A stretch of 64,000 nucleotides of DNA, taken from NCBI RefSeq assembly GCF_046105845.1, contig NZ_CP151004.1. One strand, given 5' to 3'. The notes below the pieces were generated by a model. The model worked only from the letters and a program-made list of their open reading frames with translations. It was not told the DNA's origin and made no database searches. The DNA is from Escherichia coli. GTDB taxonomy: Bacteria; Pseudomonadota; Gammaproteobacteria; Enterobacterales; Enterobacteriaceae. Position 1 is the first letter of the stretch. Each line of letters starts with the position of its first letter. The translations under genes and the position numbers were made by a program. This document shows positions 30,189 to 39,658 of this stretch, one piece after another.

Positions 30189-32972
30189 ATGAGAAACCTC
30201 TGTTTCTTACTGACGTTAGTGGCAACTCTGTTGCTCCCCGGGCGACTGATTGCCGCCGCCTTACCGCAGGATGAAAAGTTAATTACCGGGCAACTGGACA
30301 ATGGCTTGCGATATATGATTTATCCGCATGCTCAACCAAAGGATCAGGTAAATTTATGGCTGCAAATTCATACCGGTTCATTGCAGGAAGAGGACAATGA
30401 GCGCGGCGTGGCTCATTTTGTAGAACATATGATGTTTAACGGCACAAAAACATGGCCGGGTAATAAAGTCATCGAAACATTTGAGTCAATGGGCCTGCGT
30501 TTTGGTCGCGATGTTAATGCCTATACCAGCTATGACGAAACGGTGTATCAGGTGAGTTTGCCGACTACGCAGAAACAAAATCTGCAACAAGTGATGGCAA
30601 TCTTTAGTGAATGGAGTAATGCCGCAAGCTTTGAAAAACTCGAAGTAGACGCTGAACGCGGCGTAATTACTGAGGAATGGCGTGCCCATCAGGATGCGAA
30701 ATGGCGCACCTCTCAGGCGCGCCGCCCTTTCCTGCTGGCTAATACCCGTAATTTAGACCGTGAACCTATCGGCCTGATGGATACTGTCGCCACGGTCACA
30801 CCGGCACAATTGCGCCAATTTTATCAACGCTGGTATCAACCAAATAATATGACCTTTATCGTGGTCGGCGATATTGACAGTAAAGAAGCGCTGGCGCTGA
30901 TTAAGGATAATTTAAGTAAGCTTCCGGCTAACAAAGTAGCTGAAAATCGCGTCTGGCCGACAAAAGCCGAAAACCACCTGCGCTTTAATATCATTAATGA
31001 TAAAGAAAACCGGGTGAACGGCATCGCACTCTATTATCGCCTGCCAATGGTGCAAGTGAGCGATGAGCAAAGCTTTATCGAACAAGCTGAATGGAGCATG
31101 TTGGTTCAGCTGTTCAATCAGCGTCTGCAGGAACGCATACAGTCGGGCGAGTTGAAGACTATTTCTGGCGGCACTGCGCGCAGCGTTAAAATTGCACCCG
31201 ATTATCAGTCGCTGTTTTTCCGTGTAAATGCACGAGACGATAATATGCAGGATGCTGCGAATGCATTAATGGCAGAGTTGGCAACTATTGATCAGCATGG
31301 TTTTTCTGCTGAAGAACTCGATGATGTCAAATCTACCCGCCTCACCTGGCTGAAAAATGCGGTTGATCAGCAAGCTGAACGTGATTTACGTATGCTGACC
31401 AGTCGCCTGGCATCCAGCTCATTAAATAATACGCCGTTCTTGTCGCCGGAAGAGACATATCAACTTTCGAAACGTCTGTGGCAGCAAATTACCGTGCAAA
31501 GTCTGGCGGAAAAATGGCAGCAGTTAAGAAAGAACCAGGACGCATTTTGGGAGCAAATGGTAAACAATGAGGTTGCCGCAAAAAAAGCATTGTCTCCTGC
31601 GGCTATCCTGGCGCTGAAAAAAGAGTACGCCAACAAAAAGCTGGCGGCTTACATCTTCCCAGGCAGAAATTTATCGTTAACAGTAGACGCTGACCCACAG
31701 GCGGAAATTAGCAGCAAAGAAACGCTGGCTGAGAATCTGACATCATTAACACTTTCCAATGGTGCCAGGGTTATTCTGGCAAAATCCGCGGGTGAAGAGC
31801 AAAAGCTACAAATTACTGCCGTATCTAATAAAGGCGATTTAAGTTTCCCTGCGCAGCAAAAATCACTTATCGCGCTGGCAAATAAAGCAGTAAGCGGAAG
31901 CGGCGTTGGTGAACTCTCCTCTTCCAGCCTGAAACGCTGGAGTGCGGAAAACTCGGTAACCATGAGCAGTAAAGTCAGTGGCATGAATACGTTGCTCTCC
32001 GTTAGCGCGCGGGCTAATAACCCTGAACCTGGTTTCCAGTTGATTAACCAGCGAATCACCCACAGCACGATTAACGACAATATTTGGGCATCGCTACAAA
32101 ATGCTCAAATTCAGGCGTTGAAAACGCTCGACCAGCGTCCAGCGGAGAAATTCGCCCAGCAGATGTATGAGACGCGCTATGCTGATGACCGCACGAAATT
32201 ACTGCAAGAAAATCAGATTGCACAGTTTACTGCCGCAGATGCGCTGGCTGCCGATCGCCAGTTGTTTTCATCTCCAGCGGATATCACGTTTGTCATTGTC
32301 GGTAATGTCGCAGAAGACAAACTCGTGGCGTTAATTACGCGTTACTTAGGGTCAATCAAACACTCTGATTCGCCATTAGCCGCAGGTAAACCATTAACTC
32401 GCGCGACGGACAACGCATCGGTTACTGTAAAAGAACAAAATGAACCTGTGGTACAGGTTTCACAGTGGAAGCGTTATGATTCCCGGACACCTGTTAATCT
32501 GGCGACGCGTATGGCGCTCGATGCTTTTAACGTCGCACTGGCAAAAGATCTACGCGTTAATATTCGTGAACAGGCCTCTGGGGCATACAGCGTTTCTTCT
32601 CGCCTCTCGGTTGATCCTCAGGCCAAAGATATCAGTCATTTGCTGGCTTTTACTTGTCAACCGGAACGACATGATGAACTGTTAACGTTAGCGAATGAAG
32701 TGATGGTTAAGCGTCTGGCTAAAGGGATCAGTGAGCAAGAACTGAACGAATACCAGCAAAACGTTCAGCGCAGCCTCGATATCCAACAGCGTAGCGTTCA
32801 ACAATTAGCGAACACCATTGTAAATAGTCTTATTCAATATGACGATCCTGCAGCATGGACTGAGCAGGAGCAATTATTGAAACAAATGACGGTAGAGAAT
32901 GTTAACACTGCCGTTAAACAATATCTTTCTCATCCGGTGAATACCTATACCGGAGTATTATTGCCAAAATAA
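30189..32972 (+). CDS. pqqL: Periplasmic M16-family zinc metallopeptidase (pitrilysin-like)
   Basis: 931-aa product MRNLCFLLTLVATLLLPGRLIAA…; inverted zinc-binding motif HFVEH at approx. residue 85; matches K-12 PqqL. Confidence 0.9.
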   Translation: MRNLCFLLTLVATLLLPGRLIAAALPQDEKLITGQLDNGLRYMIYPHAQPKDQVNLWLQIHTGSLQEEDNERGVAHFVEHMMFNGTKTWPGNKVIETFESMGLRFGRDVNAYTSYDETVYQVSLPTTQKQNLQQVMAIFSEWSNAASFEKLEVDAERGVITEEWRAHQDAKWRTSQARRPFLLANTRNLDREPIGLMDTVATVTPAQLRQFYQRWYQPNNMTFIVVGDIDSKEALALIKDNLSKLPANKVAENRVWPTKAENHLRFNIINDKENRVNGIALYYRLPMVQVSDEQSFIEQAEWSMLVQLFNQRLQERIQSGELKTISGGTARSVKIAPDYQSLFFRVNARDDNMQDAANALMAELATIDQHGFSAEELDDVKSTRLTWLKNAVDQQAERDLRMLTSRLASSSLNNTPFLSPEETYQLSKRLWQQITVQSLAEKWQQLRKNQDAFWEQMVNNEVAAKKALSPAAILALKKEYANKKLAAYIFPGRNLSLTVDADPQAEISSKETLAENLTSLTLSNGARVILAKSAGEEQKLQITAVSNKGDLSFPAQQKSLIALANKAVSGSGVGELSSSSLKRWSAENSVTMSSKVSGMNTLLSVSARANNPEPGFQLINQRITHSTINDNIWASLQNAQIQALKTLDQRPAEKFAQQMYETRYADDRTKLLQENQIAQFTAADALAADRQLFSSPADITFVIVGNVAEDKLVALITRYLGSIKHSDSPLAAGKPLTRATDNASVTVKEQNEPVVQVSQWKRYDSRTPVNLATRMALDAFNVALAKDLRVNIREQASGAYSVSSRLSVDPQAKDISHLLAFTCQPERHDELLTLANEVMVKRLAKGISEQELNEYQQNVQRSLDIQQRSVQQLANTIVNSLIQYDDPAAWTEQEQLLKQMTVENVNTAVKQYLSHPVNTYTGVLLPK

Positions 32973-33234
32973 TAACAGCCCCGTCAACACCTCGTTGGCG
33001 GGGATTTTAGCAATATTCGCTATTTTTATGTAATAATTTTATAAATGCGTTCAAAATAATAACCAAGTACTAATAGTGATATTTTAAGGTCTGATTTTTA
33101 CGTGATAATTCAGGAGGCGTAGAAAGTGCATAAAAATAACAGCATAAAACACCTTGCCATCACCCAAGAATTCAATAATGTATTGATTTTCAATGATAAA
33201 ATATTATTCGCATAATATCTCACGATAAATAACA

Positions 33235-33254
33235 TTAGGATTTTGTTATTTAAA
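33235..33254 (+). promoter_or_regulatory. GAD box (GadE binding site) TTAGGATTTTGTTATTTAAA in gadB promoter
   Basis: Exact 20-bp GAD box sequence as remembered for gadA/gadBC promoters, about 80 bp upstream of the gadB ATG. Confidence 0.8.
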
Positions 33255-33333
33255 CACGAGTCCTTTGCACTTGCTTACTTTATCGATAAATCCTACTTTT
33301 TTAATGCGATCCAATCATTTTAAGGAGTTTAAA

Positions 33334-34734
33334 ATGGATAAGAAGCTAGTAACGGATTTAAGGTCGGAACTACTCGATTCACGTTTTGGTGCGAAGTCTA
33401 TTTCCACTATCGCAGAATCAAAACGTTTTCCGCTGCACGAAATGCGCGACGATGTCGCATTTCAGATTATCAATGACGAATTATATCTTGATGGCAACGC
33501 TCGTCAGAACCTGGCCACTTTCTGCCAGACCTGGGACGACGAAAATGTCCACAAGTTGATGGATTTATCCATTAACAAAAACTGGATCGACAAAGAAGAA
33601 TATCCGCAATCTGCAGCCATCGACCTGCGTTGCGTAAACATGGTTGCCGATCTGTGGCATGCGCCTGCGCCGAAAAATGGTCAGGCCGTTGGCACCAACA
33701 CCATTGGTTCTTCCGAGGCCTGTATGCTCGGCGGGATGGCGATGAAATGGCGTTGGCGCAAGCGTATGGAAGCCGCAGGTAAGCCGACCAACAAACCAAA
33801 CCTGGTGTGCGGTCCGGTACAAATCTGCTGGCATAAATTCGCCCGCTACTGGGATGTGGAGCTGCGTGAGATCCCTATGCGCCCCGGTCAGTTGTTTATG
33901 GACCCGAAACGCATGATTGAAGCCTGCGACGAAAACACCATCGGCGTGGTGCCGACTTTTGGCGTGACCTACACCGGTAACTATGAGTTCCCGCAGCCGC
34001 TGCACGATGCGCTGGATAAATTCCAGGCCGACACCGGTATCGACATCGACATGCACATCGACGCCGCCAGCGGTGGCTTCCTGGCACCGTTCGTCGCCCC
34101 GGATATCGTCTGGGACTTCCGCCTGCCGCGTGTGAAATCGATCAGTGCTTCAGGCCATAAATTCGGTCTGGCTCCGCTGGGCTGCGGCTGGGTTATCTGG
34201 CGTGATGAAGAAGCGCTGCCGCAGGAACTGGTGTTCAACGTTGACTATCTCGGTGGTCAGATTGGGACTTTCGCCATCAACTTCTCCCGCCCGGCGGGTC
34301 AGGTGATTGCACAGTACTATGAATTCCTGCGCCTTGGTCGTGAAGGCTATACCAAAGTACAGAACGCTTCCTACCAGGTCGCTGCCTATCTGGCGGATGA
34401 AATCGCCAAACTGGGGCCGTATGAGTTCATCTGTACTGGTCGCCCGGACGAAGGCATTCCGGCGGTTTGCTTCAAACTGAAAGATGGTGAAGATCCGGGA
34501 TACACCCTCTACGACCTCTCTGAACGTCTGCGTCTGCGCGGCTGGCAGGTTCCGGCCTTCACTCTCGGCGGTGAAGCCACCGACATCGTGGTGATGCGCA
34601 TTATGTGTCGTCGCGGCTTCGAAATGGACTTTGCTGAACTGTTGCTGGAAGACTACAAAGCCTCCCTGAAATATCTCAGCGATCACCCGAAACTGCAGGG
34701 TATTGCCCAGCAGAACAGCTTTAAACATACCTGA
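33334..34734 (+). CDS. gadB: Glutamate decarboxylase B (PLP-dependent)
   Basis: 466-aa product [40 protein letters not shown]…; followed by gadC, so it is the gadB paralogue. Confidence 0.95.
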   Translation: MDKKLVTDLRSELLDSRFGAKSISTIAESKRFPLHEMRDDVAFQIINDELYLDGNARQNLATFCQTWDDENVHKLMDLSINKNWIDKEEYPQSAAIDLRCVNMVADLWHAPAPKNGQAVGTNTIGSSEACMLGGMAMKWRWRKRMEAAGKPTNKPNLVCGPVQICWHKFARYWDVELREIPMRPGQLFMDPKRMIEACDENTIGVVPTFGVTYTGNYEFPQPLHDALDKFQADTGIDIDMHIDAASGGFLAPFVAPDIVWDFRLPRVKSISASGHKFGLAPLGCGWVIWRDEEALPQELVFNVDYLGGQIGTFAINFSRPAGQVIAQYYEFLRLGREGYTKVQNASYQVAAYLADEIAKLGPYEFICTGRPDEGIPAVCFKLKDGEDPGYTLYDLSERLRLRGWQVPAFTLGGEATDIVVMRIMCRRGFEMDFAELLLEDYKASLKYLSDHPKLQGIAQQNSFKHT

Positions 34735-34754
34735 TAACGTTTAACGGTAACGGT

Positions 34755-34780
34755 GTCCCGAAACCCACCCGTTTCGGGAC
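34755..34780 (+). other. 10-bp stem-loop in gadB-gadC intergenic region
   Basis: GTCCCGAAAC-CCACCC-GTTTCGGGAC read directly; followed by AATTTCC (weak U tract). Confidence 0.45.
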
Positions 34781-34889
34781 AATTTCCAAAGTCTGTTCAC
34801 TGGCATTAGCAACGGAAAATATTGTTCTGAATACGCTACAGAACAAAACAGGTGCGGTTCCGACAGGAATACCGTTTTAGGGGGATAAT

Positions 34890-36425
34890 ATGGCTACATC
34901 AGTACAGACAGGTAAAGCTAAGCAGCTCACATTACTCGGATTTTTTGCCATAACGGCATCGATGGTAATGGCTGTTTATGAATACCCTACCTTCGCAACA
35001 TCGGGCTTTTCATTAGTCTTCTTCCTGCTATTAGGCGGGATTTTATGGTTTATTCCCGTGGGACTTTGTGCTGCGGAAATGGCCACCGTCGACGGCTGGG
35101 AAGAAGGTGGTGTCTTCGCCTGGGTATCAAATACTCTGGGGCCGAGATGGGGATTTGCAGCGATCTCATTTGGCTATCTGCAAATCGCCATTGGTTTTAT
35201 TCCGATGCTCTATTTCGTGTTAGGGGCACTCTCCTACATCCTGAAATGGCCAGCGCTGAATGAAGACCCTATTACCAAAACTATTGCAGCACTCATCATT
35301 CTTTGGGCGCTGGCATTAACGCAGTTTGGTGGCACAAAATACACGGCGCGAATTGCTAAAGTTGGCTTCTTCGCCGGTATCCTGTTACCTGCATTTATTT
35401 TGATCGCATTAGCGGCTATTTATCTGCACTCCGGTGCCCCCGTTGCTATCGAAATGGATTCGAAGACCTTCTTCCCTGACTTCTCTAAAGTGGGCACCCT
35501 GGTTGTATTTGTTGCCTTCATTTTGAGTTATATGGGCGTTGAAGCTTCCGCAACCCACGTCAATGAAATGAGCAATCCAGGGCGTGACTATCCACTGGCT
35601 ATGTTACTGCTGATGGTGGCGGCAATCTGCTTAAGCTCTGTTGGCGGTTTGTCTATTGCGATGGTCATTCCGGGTAATGAAATCAACCTCTCCGCAGGGG
35701 TAATGCAAACCTTTACCGTTCTGATGTCCCATGTGGCACCGGAAATTGAGTGGACGGTTCGCGTGATCTCCGCACTGCTGTTACTGGGTGTTCTGGCGGA
35801 AATCGCCTCCTGGATTGTTGGTCCTTCTCGCGGGATGTATGTCACAGCGCAGAAAAACCTGCTGCCAGCGGCATTCGCTAAAATGAACAAAAATGGCGTA
35901 CCGGTAACGCTGGTCATTTCGCAGCTGGTGATTACTTCTATCGCGTTGATCATCCTCACCAATACCGGTGGCGGTAACAACATGTCCTTCCTGATCGCAC
36001 TGGCGCTGACGGTGGTGATTTATCTGTGTGCTTATTTCATGCTGTTTATTGGCTACATTGTGTTGGTTCTTAAACATCCTGACTTAAAACGCACATTTAA
36101 TATCCCTGGTGGTAAAGGGGTGAAACTGGTCGTGGCTGTTGTCGGTCTGCTGACTTCAATTATGGCGTTTATTGTTTCCTTCCTGCCGCCGGATAACATC
36201 CAGGGTGACTCTACCGATATGTATGTTGAATTACTGGTCGTTAGTTTCCTGGTGGTACTTGCCCTGCCCTTTATTCTCTATGCTGTTCATGATCGTAAAG
36301 GCAAAGGGAATACCGGCGTCACTCTGGAGCCAATCAACAGTCAGAACGCACCAAAAGGTCACTTCTTCCTGCACCCGCGTGCACGTTCACCACACTATAT
36401 TGTGATGAATGACAAGAAACACTAA
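34890..36425 (+). CDS. gadC: Glutamate:GABA antiporter
   Basis: 511-aa APC-family transporter [33 protein letters not shown]…; matches K-12 GadC. Confidence 0.95.
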   Translation: MATSVQTGKAKQLTLLGFFAITASMVMAVYEYPTFATSGFSLVFFLLLGGILWFIPVGLCAAEMATVDGWEEGGVFAWVSNTLGPRWGFAAISFGYLQIAIGFIPMLYFVLGALSYILKWPALNEDPITKTIAALIILWALALTQFGGTKYTARIAKVGFFAGILLPAFILIALAAIYLHSGAPVAIEMDSKTFFPDFSKVGTLVVFVAFILSYMGVEASATHVNEMSNPGRDYPLAMLLLMVAAICLSSVGGLSIAMVIPGNEINLSAGVMQTFTVLMSHVAPEIEWTVRVISALLLLGVLAEIASWIVGPSRGMYVTAQKNLLPAAFAKMNKNGVPVTLVISQLVITSIALIILTNTGGGNNMSFLIALALTVVIYLCAYFMLFIGYIVLVLKHPDLKRTFNIPGGKGVKLVVAVVGLLTSIMAFIVSFLPPDNIQGDSTDMYVELLVVSFLVVLALPFILYAVHDRKGKGNTGVTLEPINSQNAPKGHFFLHPRARSPHYIVMNDKKH

Positions 36426-36448
36426 CCATGTCTGAATGGTTATAAGAT

Positions 36449-36480
36449 AAGGGAGCGATAATTCATCGCTCCCTTTTTCG
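36449..36480 (+). terminator. Rho-independent terminator of gadBC
   Basis: GGGAGCGAT-AATTC-ATCGCTCCC followed by TTTTT. Confidence 0.85.
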
Positions 36481-36555
36481 TGCTTGCTGTCGTATTGACT
36501 TAACCGGGATAAGTACGAGAATGAGCGCACATCTGTTTACCGGAAACCAGCACAT

Positions 36556-37875
36556 ATGGATATCTGCTCCCGAAACGAGAAATTAGCGATTAGAAGACCA
36601 GCGGTACTGGTTGCACTGGCACTTTTACTGTGTAGTTGCAAAAGCACGCCTCCAGAGTCAATGGTGACACCACCAACAGGTTCGAAGCCACCAGCTACGA
36701 CGCAACAATCGTCACAACCGATGCGTGGCATCTGGCTGGCCACAGTGTCTCGCCTCGACTGGCCACCGGTTTCCTCGGTTAACATTAGTAACCCCACCAG
36801 CCGGGCCCGTGTACAACAACAGGCGATGATCGACAAACTGGATCATCTGCAACGTCTCGGCATAAACACGGTCTTTTTCCAGGTCAAGCCAGACGGTACC
36901 GCCCTGTGGCCATCGAAAATTTTGCCGTGGTCCGATCTTATGACCGGTAAGATTGGTGAAAATCCGGGTTACGATCCGCTGCAATTTATGCTCGACGAAG
37001 CCCACAAGCGTGGGATGAAAGTACACGCCTGGTTTAACCCCTATCGCGTATCGGTTAATACGAAGCCCGGTACTATCAGGGAACTGAATAGCACTCTGTC
37101 TCAACAACCAGCGAGCGTCTATGTGCAACACCGCGACTGGATCAGAACGTCCGGCGATCGCTTTGTCCTCGACCCGGGCATCCCTGAGGTTCAGGACTGG
37201 ATCACATCAATAGTCGCAGAAGTGGTTTCCCGCTATCCGGTAGATGGCGTGCAGTTTGACGACTATTTCTATACTGAGTCACCAGCTTCACGGCTAAATG
37301 ATAACGAAACGTACCGCAAATACGGAGGCGCATTTGCGTCAAAAGCAGACTGGCGGCGCAACAATACTCAGCAGTTAATTGCGAAGGTATCGCACACCAT
37401 TAAAAGCATTAAGCCGGAAGTCGAATTTGGCGTTAGCCCGGCAGGCGTGTGGCGTAACCGATCACACGATCCGCTCGGTTCCGATACCCGAGGCGCGGCA
37501 GCCTATGACGAATCATACGCTGACACCCGTCGATGGGTGGAACAAGGATTGCTGGATTACATTGCTCCCCAAATTTACTGGCCGTTCTCACGGAGTGCCG
37601 CACGTTATGACGTTTTGGCAAAATGGTGGGCGGATGTCGTTAAACCGACCAGGACCCGCCTGTATATCGGTATCGCCTTCTATAAAGTGGGTGAACCTTC
37701 AAAGATAGAGCCAGACTGGATGATTAACGGCGGCGTACCGGAACTGAAAAAGCAGCTCGATCTTAACGATGCCGTGCCAGAAATTAGCGGCACAATCTTG
37801 TTCCGTGAGGACTATCTGAATAAACCGCAGACTCAACAAGCGGTTAGCTATCTGCAAAGTCGTTGGGGCAGTTAA
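36556..37875 (+). CDS. yddW: Outer-membrane lipoprotein YddW (glycoside-hydrolase-like domain)
   Basis: 439-aa ORF, lipobox LLLCSC, matches K-12 YddW. Confidence 0.9.
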   Translation: MDICSRNEKLAIRRPAVLVALALLLCSCKSTPPESMVTPPTGSKPPATTQQSSQPMRGIWLATVSRLDWPPVSSVNISNPTSRARVQQQAMIDKLDHLQRLGINTVFFQVKPDGTALWPSKILPWSDLMTGKIGENPGYDPLQFMLDEAHKRGMKVHAWFNPYRVSVNTKPGTIRELNSTLSQQPASVYVQHRDWIRTSGDRFVLDPGIPEVQDWITSIVAEVVSRYPVDGVQFDDYFYTESPASRLNDNETYRKYGGAFASKADWRRNNTQQLIAKVSHTIKSIKPEVEFGVSPAGVWRNRSHDPLGSDTRGAAAYDESYADTRRWVEQGLLDYIAPQIYWPFSRSAARYDVLAKWWADVVKPTRTRLYIGIAFYKVGEPSKIEPDWMINGGVPELKKQLDLNDAVPEISGTILFREDYLNKPQTQQAVSYLQSRWGS

Positions 37876-38251
37876 ACTCCCATTCTTACTTTGTAACAAG
37901 CCGGTGCTTTCCCCCCCGGCTTGTTACCCTCTTGAAATATCCCACTAGTAATCATGCTTACTTAAGTCAAATTAACTACGCAATTAACCACACTTAGTTA
38001 AACAGTCATAAACCCCCTAATAAAAATGTATGAATATGAAAAAACATACGATATTCGCTGTCACCGAAAAATAATTACGATGGGCTATACTCTTCTGAAG
38101 AACAGTAGCGTAGATTGAAACTGTCCTAAGTCGCTTATTTGTTTTCAGTATATCTTCATATTTCAGGAGAATATGGTGCAGTTAGTCGATCTCGCACGTT
38201 GCGTTTCGTTTTGATTCCGTCTGCTTTCCCAGCCTTATAAGGGTGTGAATT

Positions 38252-39634
38252 ATGGAGATGTATTTTAAAAGAATGAAAGATGAGTGGACCGGGCTTGTCG
38301 AACAAGCAGATCCGCTCATTCGTGCTAAAGCCGCGGAAATTGCCGTTGCGCATGCCCATTATCTGAGTATTGAGTTTTACCGAATTGTCCGTATCGACCC
38401 GCATGCCGAAGAATTCTTGAGTAATGAACAAGTTGAGCGGCAGTTGAAAAGTGCGATGGAACGCTGGATTATTAACGTGCTTTCTGCCCAGGTTGACGAT
38501 GTCGAAAGGCTAATACAAATCCAGCATACCGTCGCGGAAGTGCATGCCCGCATAGGAATTCCGGTAGAAATTGTCGAGATGGGGTTTCGGGTGCTGAAAA
38601 AAATCCTCTATCCGGTAATCTTCTCTTCGGATTATTCCGCCGCAGAAAAACTTCAGGTCTACCATTTCTCTATTAACAGTATTGATATCGCTATGGAAGT
38701 GATGACCCGCGCGTTTACCTTTAGTGACAGTAGTGCCTCAAAGGAAGATGAAAACTATCGTATCTTCTCGTTACTGGAAAATGCCGAAGAAGAAAAAGAA
38801 CGGCAAATAGCCTCATTACTTTCATGGGAAATAGATATTATCTATAAAGTCCTACTGGATTCTGATTTAGGCAGTAGTTTGCCTTTAAGCCAGGCTGATT
38901 TTGGCCTGTGGTTTAACCATAAAGGTCGACATTATTTTAGCGGCATAGCCGAAGTGGGCCATATCTCCCGTCTGATTCAGGATTTCGACGGTATTTTCAA
39001 TCAAACCATGCGTAACACCAGGAATTTGAATAACAGAAGTTTGCGGGTGAAATTTTTATTACAGATAAGAAATACCGTATCGCAAATTATTACCTTGCTG
39101 CGTGAATTGTTTGAAGAAGTATCGCGCCACGAAGTCGGTATGGATGTACTGACGAAATTACTTAACCGCCGTTTCCTGCCGACGATCTTCAAACGCGAAA
39201 TTGCCCATGCCAACCGGACCGGTACACCGCTGTCAGTGCTGATTATTGACGTTGATAAATTCAAAGAGATTAACGATACGTGGGGCCATAACACTGGCGA
39301 TGAAATTCTGCGTAAAGTCTCTCAGGCCTTTTATGACAACGTCCGCAGTAGTGATTATGTTTTCCGCTACGGGGGCGATGAATTTATCATTGTTTTGACT
39401 GAAGCTTCGGAAAACGAAACGTTACGTACCGCAGAACGTATTCGCAGTCGGGTGGAGAAAACCAAACTGAAAGCCGCGAACGGCGAAGATATTGCCCTCT
39501 CACTTTCCATCGGTGCCGCCATGTTTAATGGTCATCCTGACTATGAGCGCCTCATTCAAATAGCCGATGAAGCTCTGTATATCGCCAAAAGACGAGGTAG
39601 AAACCGTGTTGAACTCTGGAAAGCCAGTCTTTAG
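38252..39634 (+). CDS. dosC: Globin-coupled diguanylate cyclase DosC
   Basis: 460-aa ORF MEMYFKRMKDEWTGLVEQ…; C-terminal GGDEF (…RYGGDEFIIVL…); matches K-12 DosC. Confidence 0.95.
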   Translation: MEMYFKRMKDEWTGLVEQADPLIRAKAAEIAVAHAHYLSIEFYRIVRIDPHAEEFLSNEQVERQLKSAMERWIINVLSAQVDDVERLIQIQHTVAEVHARIGIPVEIVEMGFRVLKKILYPVIFSSDYSAAEKLQVYHFSINSIDIAMEVMTRAFTFSDSSASKEDENYRIFSLLENAEEEKERQIASLLSWEIDIIYKVLLDSDLGSSLPLSQADFGLWFNHKGRHYFSGIAEVGHISRLIQDFDGIFNQTMRNTRNLNNRSLRVKFLLQIRNTVSQIITLLRELFEEVSRHEVGMDVLTKLLNRRFLPTIFKREIAHANRTGTPLSVLIIDVDKFKEINDTWGHNTGDEILRKVSQAFYDNVRSSDYVFRYGGDEFIIVLTEASENETLRTAERIRSRVEKTKLKAANGEDIALSLSIGAAMFNGHPDYERLIQIADEALYIAKRRGRNRVELWKASL

Positions 39635-39658
39635 ATGCGCCAGGATGCAGAGGTAATC

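Noticed and set aside
33565-34728. Several minus-strand ORFs (163, 192 aa and others) overlapping gadB
   Set aside because: Antisense to the highly conserved gadB reading frame; Arg/Cys-rich low-complexity translations, no start context.
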